DNA from: Piedraia hortae CBS 480.64
Taxonomy: Eukaryota
Reading direction: 5' to 3'
NCBI GenBank assembly: GCA_010093745.1
Contig: MU006018.1
Coordinates: 1-64,000 of the forward strand
Length of the DNA: 64,000 nt
Below are positions 22,710 to 34,186 of this stretch, in pieces. The notes below the pieces were generated by a model, which saw only the letters and a list, made by a program, of their open reading frames with translations, was not told the origin of the DNA and did not search any database. The stretch's first letter is position 1. Each line of letters opens with the position of its first letter. The translations under genes were made by a program, and so were the position numbers.

Positions 22710-24224
22710 TTAATGAACAGAAACATAAAGCATGGTAGAAGTGTTGTTATACCCCGGCGGAGCATCCTCCAAAACATTCGGGCCAAGGAGGCTAGCCCAT
22801 GCTTCTTCCGTGGAAAAGTATTCCCCTACATAATTCCCATCTACAGCCTGCGGTGTGTCAACCTGCGGTGGCTGCTCGGTATAATCTGGCGTTGGTGTAG
22901 CCGCACGAACAGGGAGACGTTCGGGTTCACCTCCCGGTGAAGACGGGGCTAACACGGAGGTTACTTGAAGGGGGATTTTGATTGTCAGATTCACTCCCAA
23001 CATGTTCTGCACTCCGAGTTCGAGCTTGAGCTTATACACCCTGCTGATGAGGCAGGAGTGGAACGTTGGGATAAAGGTTTTGTCCACGGGTAGTGTTACG
23101 GGCACGGTAATTCGGGCGTGGTAGGAACGCCCTTCGGATCGGGTCCATTCTACGGCTGCGAGCCACCGGTGAGAGAGGCTGATGCTTTCGGCGTGGAAGC
23201 CGCGGGTTAGGTCTTGGGTTTCTTTGATGCGTTTGGTTGGGAAATCGCCTCGTGCTGTGGAGGAAAAAAATGTGATGGTTTTGAGCCGGGTGTGGAGACT
23301 TCCTAGACGGGGAGGACTGACTAGTTCGTCGTGGGGGTCGAATTGAAGATCTACCGTGGCAACGGTTGAGTGTCGTTTGTCAATTGATGGACGGAGACAG
23401 ATGGCTGGTGGTTGGGACCCGCGCATGGTGAGAGTTCCCCATTTCCCTTTCAAGACACCCCGACGGAGAGTCTTGACATGGGACATTGTATAGTCCTTCC
23501 CCCCACCGTCTGTATCAAGAGGGGGTAGCTCTTCTACCCGTGGCATCACGCGCAGGATCCGCGCTTTGCTGACCTGAACCTCGCGCTTCCCGTCTTCGCT
23601 CACCCTTGCTATGGTGCAGCAAGTAAGCTTGACGTAGACGCCGTATTTGATACTCGCCATCTCGGGTGCCAGGTCCTCGCCCGTACCGCCCAGGCTGGGA
23701 GGAAGGAGGAGGTGAGCATCGCGGACACTGGGGTGACATACACGATGACGACATGCTCGGGGAAGAAGATGTTCGGGAATGGCAAACAGGAACGGCACAC
23801 TATGCGTTGTTCCCGCTCTCAAGATGCCATCCGACGGGATATGTCCACTAATGTCAGGTTGTGATAGCTTAAGGAACTGATGGAAAGCTTCGGTGCGGCC
23901 CGAGACGGCAACCGCAGTCGTCCCGCGCTCGACGTGGGTTCGTGTCGCGCCAATGAAGTCGATTCGCAGGTCCTCGACGTGAAGGGCAACCGGTGTGTAG
24001 ATAACAACGTTACCTTGAATCTGATCCGATGTTGTGTAGATGGTCTTGGTGCTGCTGAGCTCGATTGAGACGGTGGGCTTATCATGTGTTAGTGCCAAGA
24101 AACGTGGCATTATTCTAACCAGGTTCTTGGTGGTATCAGGTGCTTGGATACGCGTCCATTGCCTGGCGGACAAGAGGTTTATGAAGGTAGAGATGTTGGG
24201 GTAGACCCTGATGGATGGCTGCAT
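22710..24224 (-). CDS. Alpha-arrestin-like adaptor protein
   Basis: Arrestin N/C folds (IYTTSDQIQGNV, VPFLFAIP, LPPSLG, PTFHSCLISRVY) and a C-terminal PPGY (PY motif). An alternative start lies at 24110. Confidence 0.8.
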   Translation of the reverse strand: MQPSIRVYPNISTFINLLSARQWTRIQAPDTTKNLVRIMPRFLALTHDKPTVSIELSSTKTIYTTSDQIQGNVVIYTPVALHVEDLRIDFIGATRTHVERGTTAVAVSGRTEAFHQFLKLSQPDISGHIPSDGILRAGTTHSVPFLFAIPEHLLPRACRHRVCHPSVRDAHLLLPPSLGGTGEDLAPEMASIKYGVYVKLTCCTIARVSEDGKREVQVSKARILRVMPRVEELPPLDTDGGGKDYTMSHVKTLRRGVLKGKWGTLTMRGSQPPAICLRPSIDKRHSTVATVDLQFDPHDELVSPPRLGSLHTRLKTITFFSSTARGDFPTKRIKETQDLTRGFHAESISLSHRWLAAVEWTRSEGRSYHARITVPVTLPVDKTFIPTFHSCLISRVYKLKLELGVQNMLGVNLTIKIPLQVTSVLAPSSPGGEPERLPVRAATPTPDYTEQPPQVDTPQAVDGNYVGEYFSTEEAWASLLGPNVLEDAPPGYNNTSTMLYVSVH

Positions 24225-26324
24225 CGTATCGTGATTCTACGTTTTCGGTCAGCCAATCACCGCTCAACTTCTGCGACAATTGACGCGGGGAACGCAGGAT
24301 TGCACGTGGCTAAACGGGTACACGCGGGACGGGGCGCGCGGGACATGGTGGAACTGGGCATCGTTATCACATCTCAGGAACCATGTGGCGGCGCAAAGCG
24401 CTTTCCTCGTTTGTCTAAACCTTTCCGTTGATCCCAGTTCCATCTTCATCCATTGCTACCCATCATCTCTTGGTGGTTTCTATTTTCATACGTCAGTCAC
24501 GCGATTTACGCGATGCCGAAATCGGGGAATCCGAAGCTGACGTAGCTACATTCCTTGCATCCTGTGACACGCCACGAAATTCCCCGATAGCACAAACACC
24601 TTAGTTTAACGACGACAGTATAGGTGCAGCTTTTTCTAAAGTCTTCAGTCCCGGTGGAACACAATCTTTTGCATCCACCGGCTGTTCGGCTCCATGTAGA
24701 TTGCTTTGCGCCGGAGGCGGATGGCTTTCATTGCCCCAATCTTGGCAGCAAAAGCATTCACAACTTTTATCATATCCTTACCATGCTTCGCTTTAGTAGC
24801 TGACCAGCTGTGTCCAATCTAATTAGGCCGTTCTTGAACGCCCCGTCGGTATTCTATCGACATGCCGTGAAGTTGTGCAACACTCTGCTTCCACATTGAG
24901 TGGAACCCTTCTTTTGCTGTTGGGCGGTGACGAAATCGGGAAAGCCGGCAACATCGTTGTGTCATCAGAGCAAAAGATCAGGTAATGTTGCATCCTCAGG
25001 TACAGCAGATATCAGAAAGGAAAGAGTTATATCCTTGCGACCATGGTGATTCAACAAGCACGTCTGATAAGCAGTATTAACCGTTATGTCGGCCCGGTCA
25101 CCACCTCTGGAATGATACCACTGGTGATGCAAATGCAACAAGGTAATCGGGCCAGAGCCATTCATCACGGCTGTGTTCGCCACTCACCAGGCTGATGACT
25201 CTTCCCACCATAGCATGCTGCCTCAACGGGTGTGTTTGAGCACCGCCATTTGGCGAATCTCGGTGCTGTTAGACACTGTTCAAAAATAGTACCCAGCCGG
25301 TCCCGCCAGTCGCCTTTACACGTGGCGTCATGACTGGACGTCATGAAAAGACGTAGATAACATTGACTTGCAGTACGAAAATGCAATCATTAGCAAGAGA
25401 GCAACTCAGCATCTTGCATGGTCGCTTCCTTCTTGATCATAGAACGTATATCATAAAATTTACTGCAGGAGATTTCAATACGGGGTGTTTTCTCAGCTCA
25501 TAAATTGTGACTTTGTACTCGGACAACCTCAATCCGACATCGGGAAAAAATTGTGTTTTGGTTGCACGTTCGAGGACGAGGTTGTGTTGTGTATCTCATT
25601 ATGTCTGAAAAACTGGCGATTGTACATTCCGGAAAATGTTCGATTCCATGGTCTGTCTGACCTCCCCGAACCTCGGGCCTTGCTGGACTGATGTATTTCC
25701 CAACTCACGCTAGGGACGGCCCGTGCCGTGATATAGGTAGATGGGCACGATTCTCAGCAATCTTTTGTTTGAATTGGGCCCTTCTTCTTGGGTCCGATTC
25801 ATCTCATCTGCGTCTCCATGCTTGCGTCATCACGCCACTGTGCGTTATCGTAGAAAACCGTGGACAACGGTAGGCCAAGCCGTAAGCGGGTCGGGCCGAG
25901 CTGGTTGTGAACTGCAATGGTCATCGATGGTGATGTCGACTTGTGTTCCTCGTGACAGAGAATATTGTTCTCTGCGTTTGTCATCCCCATGATACCTCTA
26001 CTTTCTTTATTTCTTCGGTCGTTAACATGGTAGCGAGATACTTCGTATGACAATTGTTCTTCCTCATGGCACGGCCCGTTTGTGTTCTCGGCACGTTCCG
26101 CCTCGGAGCGTCCTGTTCACAAACTCGCACCGCAGGATAATATTCACAACCACACTTACTGCCTCCTTAGCTTTTCAACATTGACGTGTCCAAGGCCCCA
26201 CATCAAACACCGAGGGTCTTTTGAAATGCTACAAATTTACTAATCTCAACATCCTTCTCTCAACGAAGGTCATAACCAAATCTCCCCCACCACTGACTCA
26301 ACAACCGAAAATTACCGACCAGCC

Positions 26325-28060
26325 ATGCTCGATATCAAAACCGCCCCCTTAAAGGCGTGGTTCAGACGCAATGGGGGCTATTTGCACGACCAGGTTGAAA
26401 TCATCCCGGGCCGAGAAACTCGCACAAACTGGAGAGGTTTCAGTACGAAAGACAGCACACTCTGCAAAGTGCCCTATACTCTATCCTTGAGTTTCCTCAA
26501 CGCCCTCGTCGATGAGGAGTATCCCGCTTTTTACGCCGTGCGGCATAGACTCTCTCCTCGGCTTATGGGGATTTTCTATTTGATGCTGCAGAGGCAGTTG
26601 GGGAATAGATCGTTTTGGAGTCCGTATATCGATGCTTTGCCGCAGGAGGATCTAGTGCATGAGGTGTGGTTTGAGCAGCCCGAGGATATGAAACTTCTGG
26701 AGGGTACGGATGCGTATCCCCGTGTGACGATGAGTATGAAGAGGTATGGATGTGAGTTTGATGCTGCCATGGCATGTCTTGAGAAGGCGGGGATGGATGT
26801 GGGGATTTTTACTTGGTAGGAATGCTTCGCCTCGTCTTTGTGCGGTTGGGCTGATTGTATAGGGATCTGTATAGGTGGGCTGTGACGATGTTCTCAAATA
26901 GAGGGTGGGGTCCTGAGACTATGAACCTTTTAGGTGGTGTTTTTTACGAGACTGGACGAAACGGATCAAATGGACGTGAGACGGTGCTTGTTGAGGTTGA
27001 TGTTGGTTGCATGCAGGGTGTGAAAATTTTGCACCCCATGCAAGACGCCACTGGGCCTCACAGACACGGACACGTCATTTGCAAGCCCGATATGGAAAAC
27101 ACGAGCGTATCCTTGTCGCGCGGCGTCAGGAAAACCGCCTTACTTTTCCGAGATTTCGGACTCATCACTAATGAGGACCTGCTCCTGACTTATGGGTACT
27201 GTCTCCCCAGCTACGAATACGGCTCTTTTCTCATCAAGATAAGCTGGCCGGATATGCCGACAAAGGCGTACCGTATGTGGGCTCTCCCTCGCATGCGAAG
27301 GGAGCCGCTCAGATGGCTTCACCCGGAATTTTTAAACGACAAGCTCACCTCAATCCGCAGCGCGAGGCTCCTACTCCCTTCTTGTGAAGACAACCCGTGC
27401 GAGTACCTCTCAAACGATACCTATGGAAAGAGGTACATCCCCTTTGTGGTCAACCACCTCTTAGAAGCGGTCGCAGCGAAAGCCGCCCTCGTCCGCGATC
27501 TCGGCGACCTCCCGGACACGGCAAGCATAAGACAGCGTTACGCAAACGAATACAGACGAAGTTACCAAGCCGCGCTACAGGACTGGCGGGTCGAGCTAAC
27601 ACTGATCATCCGCAAATATGTTCGCGCACCCAACTGCCTCCCCTCACTCTTAACAGCCGGCGATCTGGAGAAATTCTTCGAAAAACGCAATTTTCGATCG
27701 GCAACTTACTTCCGCAACGGGTTAAGCAAAATTTTCGGCTCGTCGGATTTCAAATGGCTTATTATCACAGAGAGGGGAAAGGACCTTATGGCGGTTCTGC
27801 TCGCGTACATGGCGCTGGAAACGGGCGTTAATCGTGTGATTCCCAGCTTGCCTGGGTATCTGAGACATTATTTTAAGATGAATCGTCCTCATCCGATTAT
27901 GGAGTGTATTCGAGCGGCGAATTTTGATTCGTCGTTTGGACAATGGTGTTCACCCTGTTGGACATCGGGGCTGCTTATTGCGTTTCAGAAGATGGTCGAA
28001 CTCGAAACGATTGAGTTCGAACATCAGACTTATCTGTATCTGCACACGTGGCCGCAGTGA
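26325..28060 (+). CDS. Divergent SET-domain (Rubisco LSMT-like) protein
   Basis: WFRRNGGYLH, SFWSPYIDALP, FTWDLYRWAVTMFSNR (after removing intron 26816-26862) and TNEDLLLTYGY. Confidence 0.7.
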
Positions 28061-28184
28061 CTGCGTGGGTGGAGGCTATTTAGATTAGATACCCGGCGAT
28101 GTACCTTTTTACCTCATGTCATGCATCGCAAAGGACTGTGCAGTAAGACATATTTCAAATAAGCATACAGCTGTTAATCATAAC

Positions 28185-29618
28185 CTATCTTTTCCCCTGC
28201 TTTCCTTGCAAAGCTGCCGGCTTACTGAACAACCAGAGATTAACAAACGCCAGCCACCCGAAAATGGTAACCCAAATCCCCGAAATCCACGGATAAGCCC
28301 CCGAGATAGCAAATGACCTTGGCCACTCATCGTGCGCGAAATGTCTGACGGTGACTGTGCGCTTTTCTTCCACATTTGTGTAGAAAGGACGACGGTACTC
28401 GACATAAAAATTAAAGATACCGTGTTGGTCGGGCAAACGAAAGGAGGTTATGAAGATTGTTGAGTTTTCAGTCTGTGATGATTGCTTGAGGTTCAGACGA
28501 TGGAAAGGTGAGAGCATGCTGACTTCTAGCTGGACGCTGTCATTGAATGGTGGGACAAAGGGCGTCCATTTGTCTCCTGTCCACTCCGAGAGCTCGATGC
28601 TGTATGTGACGTCGTTTTTGATGCGGTAGATGTCGGAATAGGCGTGTCCTATGGCGGCCGTGTCTCGTTCGCCGGCTTTGACGGGCTCGTTGAGCATGTG
28701 CCGAACGGGCCCGGCTTTCAGTACGCCAGTCTCCTTGAAAGCCCATTGACTGAGTTTCTTGATAAATTCTTGGTTGCTTGTTCTGGTGGCGGCTTTGCCT
28801 CCAGGAAGCTGCACGCTGGCTGAGAACCATTTGTCCTCCAATGCCTCTGCACTTCCGAGAACAGTCACGCGGGCGCTGTTACGTGCCTGAAACGCGGTGA
28901 CAAGACTGAGCTGGCTGCCGACCGCGAACATTTCCTCCAACTCTTCGTTGGAGTTGCTGGGATATGCAGTCGAATCTGCATGCAATACGGAGGCAAGCAG
29001 AGGACTTGCATTACCGAGCGCCTGTCCCACCACACGTGGCATAGCTACAAGGTTATCAACTGCGAAAAAGTTCTTATCATGCTTGAAGTTTGGCGAAGGG
29101 AGAAGTAAGACATCATGTTTTGCACCTGCACTCTTGACATCGTAGTTGAAATGGTCGATGACAACACTGTTACGATCGGGCGAGATCGAAATGTCCAGCT
29201 CTGCAAGCAAATTGCCAATTGCAGAAGGAACTTGGGCGTCTCCCGACAAAGTCAGCATGATGTTGGAGCCTCGATTAATAAAATCAACCAGAAGATTAGG
29301 CGTCAGCGCAGGCCCAAGGCCTTTAGACTTGGCCATGAGCAAGAGATGTGAATACGCCGGCTCTCCATGGGCGAAGAGTGACAAGGAGCTTTCTTTGGGC
29401 GATTTATAGTCTAAGTTGAAACCTCTTTCTGGAAAAGTGGTCAGCAGTTATTTGAAACAGCTCGGCTTTAACCCACGCTCCAAGTCCGTCCAAAATTGTC
29501 TGTACTTGTTTTTGTCCGCTTCTTCTTCAATCACAACCAACACATTACTACCAGTGGCTGAGAGAGATGCAGCGAAGCTTAAGAGGCTAAGCAGTAGGCC
29601 TAGAACAGGCAATCGCAT
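28185..29618 (-). CDS. WBP1: Oligosaccharyltransferase subunit Wbp1/OST48
   Basis: Signal peptide from ATG 29618; intron 29429-29476; FQARNSARV, FRLPDQHGIF, VRHFAHDEWPRS; C-terminal TM and dilysine-like tail. Confidence 0.93.
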
Positions 29619-29752
29619 TTTGACCGCAAAGACGTTGTAGGCTACGTAGCGTGAAGTGGTTCAAGGATCGGGTCGGACCGAAGCGCGCCGCAGCGGATCA
29701 TTCCGCACAACGTCGCCTTCAGCAAACAACATTGAACACTTCCATTGCAAGC

Positions 29753-30076
29753 ATGGCGCCTGTGTCAATCTTCGAAAATCCTGGAAAATACTGCGTCTGG
29801 GCTGCTCGTCATAAGCCAGCAATTTTCTGGAGCTGTGTCCTTGGATGCATGGGGCCTATCATGCTGGTACAGTCATATTTGCCCTTTTGGACGGAGCAAA
29901 GCTCACCTTGTGTCAGGTCACAGTCCCGCCTCTAAGACAACGATTTGGCGATGGTCCCCGACCGCAAATTCCGCTCACATATCCGAGTGAGTTTCCTTCT
30001 ATAATAAATGCTACATTAGCTAAATTGTACAGTCCCCAAAGGCCCGCGTCATATTCCTTCGGGCTACGATGATTGA
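29753..30076 (+). CDS. NADH:ubiquinone oxidoreductase 9.5 kDa subunit (NI9M)
   Basis: MAPVSIFENPGKYCVWAARHKPAIFWS...IPLTYPIPKGPRHIPSGYDD. Introns 29867-29916 and 29987-30032. Confidence 0.88.
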
Positions 30077-30254
30077 GCGTCACGAGTGTACAGTTGTGGA
30101 AGCGTATTCTGTTCCTTTGAGCTTCGTGTTTATCATGCTATGAATTTATCTACCATTCATGATGTCATTAGGTATAGCATTGTGCTATCTTGCCCGTGCC
30201 TGAGGACTTTAGACTCGAGTGGGCTGTATCGTAAAGCCCTCCAACGGCTTGCTT

Positions 30255-31283
30255 CTATTGCATGTTCCTCTCGTGCTCCAACACTCTCGGCATATCCATG
30301 TGCCCGAGCTCAACTTTTGACCAATTGCTCTCGTACGACTTTTCGATATCAGGCCAAGGCCCAACCGGCGTGATGCCTTTGGGGTTGACGTCTGGCTGAC
30401 TTTTGGTGTAATTCTCTTTAATGTGTCTAAAGTCAGTGCTAGCTTTGAAAGCATTGTGATCCCAATACATGTGCTTCAGCCAATTGTGTAGCACTGGATA
30501 GGTGTCGCGAACCATGCCAAGATTGCACTTGAAATGTTGGACATAGGCGACATCGAAACGTATTAGTGTAGCATAAACCCTGACATCGATTTCGGTCATG
30601 TGTGTGCCGAGAATGTATGGCCCCCCATGAGACTTGGCCAGTTTCTCCAGCCGATTCAAGGCAGCAAAGATTGGAAATAGATTTTCCTCATAAGTAGCCT
30701 GGTCTGATGCAAAACCAGCCTTATAAACCCCAAAATTGAGGTTACTTTGTACCCACTGAGCTGTTGAATCAATTCCTTTAGACAGCTCAGCTGGATACAA
30801 AGTCAGGTCAGCAACTGAAGGGGGTAACAATGAATTAAAAGCAGACTGAAGATCTCGCAAGAGTTCCTCGCTTTCATTGTTTACAATTGTCCCTCGCTTG
30901 CGATCCCACAGGACAGGAACACTGTAACGACCCTTGTATTCAGGATCAGCTTTGAAATATATTTCATGCATGAACCTGCTTCCAAACAACTTGTCTTCCG
31001 TTGCACCCTCGTAGTACGATTCCTCCGGGTGATTGAAACGCCATCCGGGCCATCCCTTGTCGTCGCCTCTAGGATAAGCTTTAACAATGCTCACATCAAT
31101 CTCCGCATACTTGTCCAACTGCTTCCACAGCCGCACAAAGTTGGCGCGCTGGGCAAAGGGACAAAACAAGCCAATATAGAGATGATATCGCCCTTTTTCT
31201 GGATGAAACGGACCATTGGCAGTGATTTTGCCATGGAAGCCGTCATTTGGACCTTTGTGCCAAGATTCTAGAAGGTCTGTCAT
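30255..31283 (-). CDS. Omega/Xi-class glutathione transferase (glutathionyl-hydroquinone reductase, Ecm4/Gto-like)
   Basis: RYHLYIGLFCPFA, YSVPVLWD, IVNNES, GVYKAGFA, LIRFDVAY and INPKGITP-like motifs. Confidence 0.9.
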   Translation of the reverse strand: MTDLLESWHKGPNDGFHGKITANGPFHPEKGRYHLYIGLFCPFAQRANFVRLWKQLDKYAEIDVSIVKAYPRGDDKGWPGWRFNHPEESYYEGATEDKLFGSRFMHEIYFKADPEYKGRYSVPVLWDRKRGTIVNNESEELLRDLQSAFNSLLPPSVADLTLYPAELSKGIDSTAQWVQSNLNFGVYKAGFASDQATYEENLFPIFAALNRLEKLAKSHGGPYILGTHMTEIDVRVYATLIRFDVAYVQHFKCNLGMVRDTYPVLHNWLKHMYWDHNAFKASTDFRHIKENYTKSQPDVNPKGITPVGPWPDIEKSYESNWSKVELGHMDMPRVLEHERNMQ

Positions 31284-31737
31284 CTTGTTCTGCTGAGAAA
31301 TGACCGTTAATTTTAGGCGGAGAAAGGTGGCTGACTAAGCTGCATGACGTAATCTTATCTGATTCCCGGGCGAAGTGAGGCGACGTCCTCGGTACACGAT
31401 CGCGGTAAGTTTTTTTCTGCATGGTCCAAATACTTCCTACTGTCTGCGCAATCCTACAAAAGCGCATGGTACCAATCATTTATTGTCTTGCTAGCGGCCT
31501 CCTGAGTGCAGCGCGCCCCGAACTGTAACGTCCGACAATCAGATCCTGTTATCAGATCCGTAAGCGCACCGCATCACATATACACTGTCGGGCACTGCGA
31601 TACACTAACAATGGAAAGAACCACGAAAACTAATATATCCTTCACCTGCCTACTGTCTGCCGTGGGTACCTCTGTCCCACGCGCAATCAGCAGCTCCAAC
31701 CGTCACTATTCGCCCACTTAGCAGAACAGTCCCCAAG

Positions 31738-33888
31738 ATGCCTTTGGGACCATCCTCATCTGGCATAAGCCACCATATATCGGCGCCAACAACGCCAAGA
31801 TTTGGCGTGAGGCACCACAAGCATAAGCACATTCCCACTTGCCTCACAAGTCATCCTGATAACCCCATCCCGGCTGAGCCGCAGAACATACCAATGTTGA
31901 GAGTGACGCCGCAGCTGAGAGCCCAATTCAGCACTATGCCCAGTAATGTCTTTCCCAGTGCGACTTCAGTACCGGAAAGCCTTGAAACGGATGGAACGAC
32001 TGACTCTTCGAATCCATCGTCGACTCCAGTCACGCCGGGGTCGGAGCCAGGTGATGTCACAGATATATCCAAGCAGATGGCAGACATGTCCGTGACTGAA
32101 ATGCCCCGGCGAACCAGGCGCGCAAGCAAGACTTTTGTCTCAAATACTGACGATATGCGTCGCCTATTGGGTAACGGGCCAGATAAACATGCCGCCCTTA
32201 GGTATTGCTGTGGTGATGGCTGTTGCATGGTTGAGGCACTGCCCGCACTTCCTGGCTCTCCCGAGAACGTCTTTGTGCGCCAACCGGACAATGCCGCATA
32301 CAAATTCCTGGGCATCAACGTGGGCTCGTTGTGTCTGGATTCTCCCATTACAAATGTGGTTCCTCTCCCAAAGCCCACTGCTTCCTTTGGTCCTATTCGG
32401 CGGGAATCCATTGCGGCCAAGTTCGAGGCGGAGGAGACACACTCGCATGATAGAGAGACGGTTAATAAAATACCTCCCCTATACATGAAGCCCCACCCTC
32501 CGTATGATGTATTCAATGCCCCGGTGTATTCGGTGCGCGAGCTCACAAAGCCGGGAGCAGTCAAGCGAACGTTCCACTTCGACATTGATGTCACAGACTA
32601 TCCGGTGGAAGGCGGCGTTGACTTCAAGGTCGGCGGTGCTATCGGCGTGTGTCCACCCAATGACCCGGCTGTGGTCGACGACATATTAAATCAGCTCTGT
32701 ATTCCCAACTTCCAACGAGACAAGCTTGTCCGACTCAATACGACGAGCGGTCGATGGCCCACCATCTGGGGAGATGAGCAGGCTCGAGAGCTCGTGACTA
32801 CAAGACGTGAGGTTCTGACCTGGACCCTTGACATATCGTCAACCCCACCGACCAAGCCTTTGCTCAGGGTTCTGGCTGAATACGCAGATGAGCCTAACGA
32901 GAAGAAAATCCTAATGTTCCTAGCCAGCGCTCAAGGCCAGGCAGCGTTTTGCGATCTTAGAACGGGCCCTCACATCACTTTACAGCAACTGCTGCATGCT
33001 TTTCCATCGTCTAAGCCGCCTCTAGAGGCGCTCTGTGGTGTGCTGAAGCAGCTGATGCCGCGCTTCTATTCCTTATCCAACGACCCTCGCATATCCTCTG
33101 ATCGCGCAGAGTCAATGGGACGGAGGTTGATTGAAGTGGCAGTCACTATTCATGACACGCCAGCGTACACGGGCACCAATAGGGCGGGCGTCGGTTCTGG
33201 TTTCCTCGAACGAATCGCCAAGGAATTCATTGCGGCGGAGGAGCAAGCGGGAGAAGCGGATGGAGGACCGGGCGAGGCAGGGAGACGGCTCAAATTGAGC
33301 ATTCCAATGTTCCGTGGCTTAATGTCTAACCCCCTCTCACGAGAATTCGCCAGCGATGGTCCCATGATTCTTGTGGGTGCCGGTGTAGGCATGGCTCCCT
33401 TCCGCGGATTCATCCTCAACCGTTTGAAGAATGCAAACTGTGCCAACAAGATTTGGCTCATCCAAGGCATTCGCGACAGTATGCTTGATGAAATCTACCG
33501 TGGAGAGCTCGGTGCGCACGAGAAAGAAATCAAGAAGGTGGTCCAATCACGAGCATCTCGTCCGCCTCCAGTTTCGGTGGAAGATGACGAGGTTTCTGAT
33601 AACGCGGATGACGATCAGCCGGCGAAGCTGCATGGGCGCGCCAAGAAAGACAAGGTGGCAAAGTATGTGCAAGACGAGGTCAGGCTACAAGCAGACGCAG
33701 TGTGGTACGTCATCAATGCCGTTGATGGTAGGGTGTTTGTGTGCGGAAGTTCAAAGGGTATGGGAGAAGGCGTTGAATCTGCACTTATTGACGTCGCAAT
33801 GGACAAGGGAGGACTGGACTATGAGACGGCCAAGCAATTCTGGCAAGGGAAGAAGGAGTCGGGACAGTACATTGCGGAGACATGGTAA
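31738..33888 (+). CDS. FAD/NADPH flavoprotein reductase (CPR / methionine synthase reductase / NOS-reductase-like) lacking a recognisable flavodoxin domain
   Basis: PRFYSLSN FAD motif, GVGSGFL, GAGVGMAPFRGF, KYVQD, VFVCGS and terminal YIAETW. Cys cluster CCGDGCC in the N-terminal part. Confidence 0.8.
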   Translation: MPLGPSSSGISHHISAPTTPRFGVRHHKHKHIPTCLTSHPDNPIPAEPQNIPMLRVTPQLRAQFSTMPSNVFPSATSVPESLETDGTTDSSNPSSTPVTPGSEPGDVTDISKQMADMSVTEMPRRTRRASKTFVSNTDDMRRLLGNGPDKHAALRYCCGDGCCMVEALPALPGSPENVFVRQPDNAAYKFLGINVGSLCLDSPITNVVPLPKPTASFGPIRRESIAAKFEAEETHSHDRETVNKIPPLYMKPHPPYDVFNAPVYSVRELTKPGAVKRTFHFDIDVTDYPVEGGVDFKVGGAIGVCPPNDPAVVDDILNQLCIPNFQRDKLVRLNTTSGRWPTIWGDEQARELVTTRREVLTWTLDISSTPPTKPLLRVLAEYADEPNEKKILMFLASAQGQAAFCDLRTGPHITLQQLLHAFPSSKPPLEALCGVLKQLMPRFYSLSNDPRISSDRAESMGRRLIEVAVTIHDTPAYTGTNRAGVGSGFLERIAKEFIAAEEQAGEADGGPGEAGRRLKLSIPMFRGLMSNPLSREFASDGPMILVGAGVGMAPFRGFILNRLKNANCANKIWLIQGIRDSMLDEIYRGELGAHEKEIKKVVQSRASRPPPVSVEDDEVSDNADDDQPAKLHGRAKKDKVAKYVQDEVRLQADAVWYVINAVDGRVFVCGSSKGMGEGVESALIDVAMDKGGLDYETAKQFWQGKKESGQYIAETW

Positions 33889-34186
33889 GTCTTTTGCAGT
33901 GCTGCTCGTGTAATGGACTGCATGTAGGACAGATGTAGAATATACCAGAATGTGTCAATAGGCCATCTTGAACGATGGTGTGGATGCAGCTAGCAAACAT
34001 AGATGTCGTTTTTATGACTACTGGCAGGCACAACCGGAGCAGCTGACTTATTCGCACAAATCTAGTTGTATGGTCTTGCATGAGGGCGCTCACATGACTC
34101 GTATTATTAGGCGCCCATTACGCCTTGTGGTCGAACCCAGGGTCCCCGCGACGCGCTCGACCTCAAGTCCAGTCAACGTTGCAAAA

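Noticed and set aside
24540..26300. Possible transposon or gene relic in a long intergenic region
   Set aside because: No terminal repeats, transposase or reverse-transcriptase motifs, or coherent reading frame recognised.
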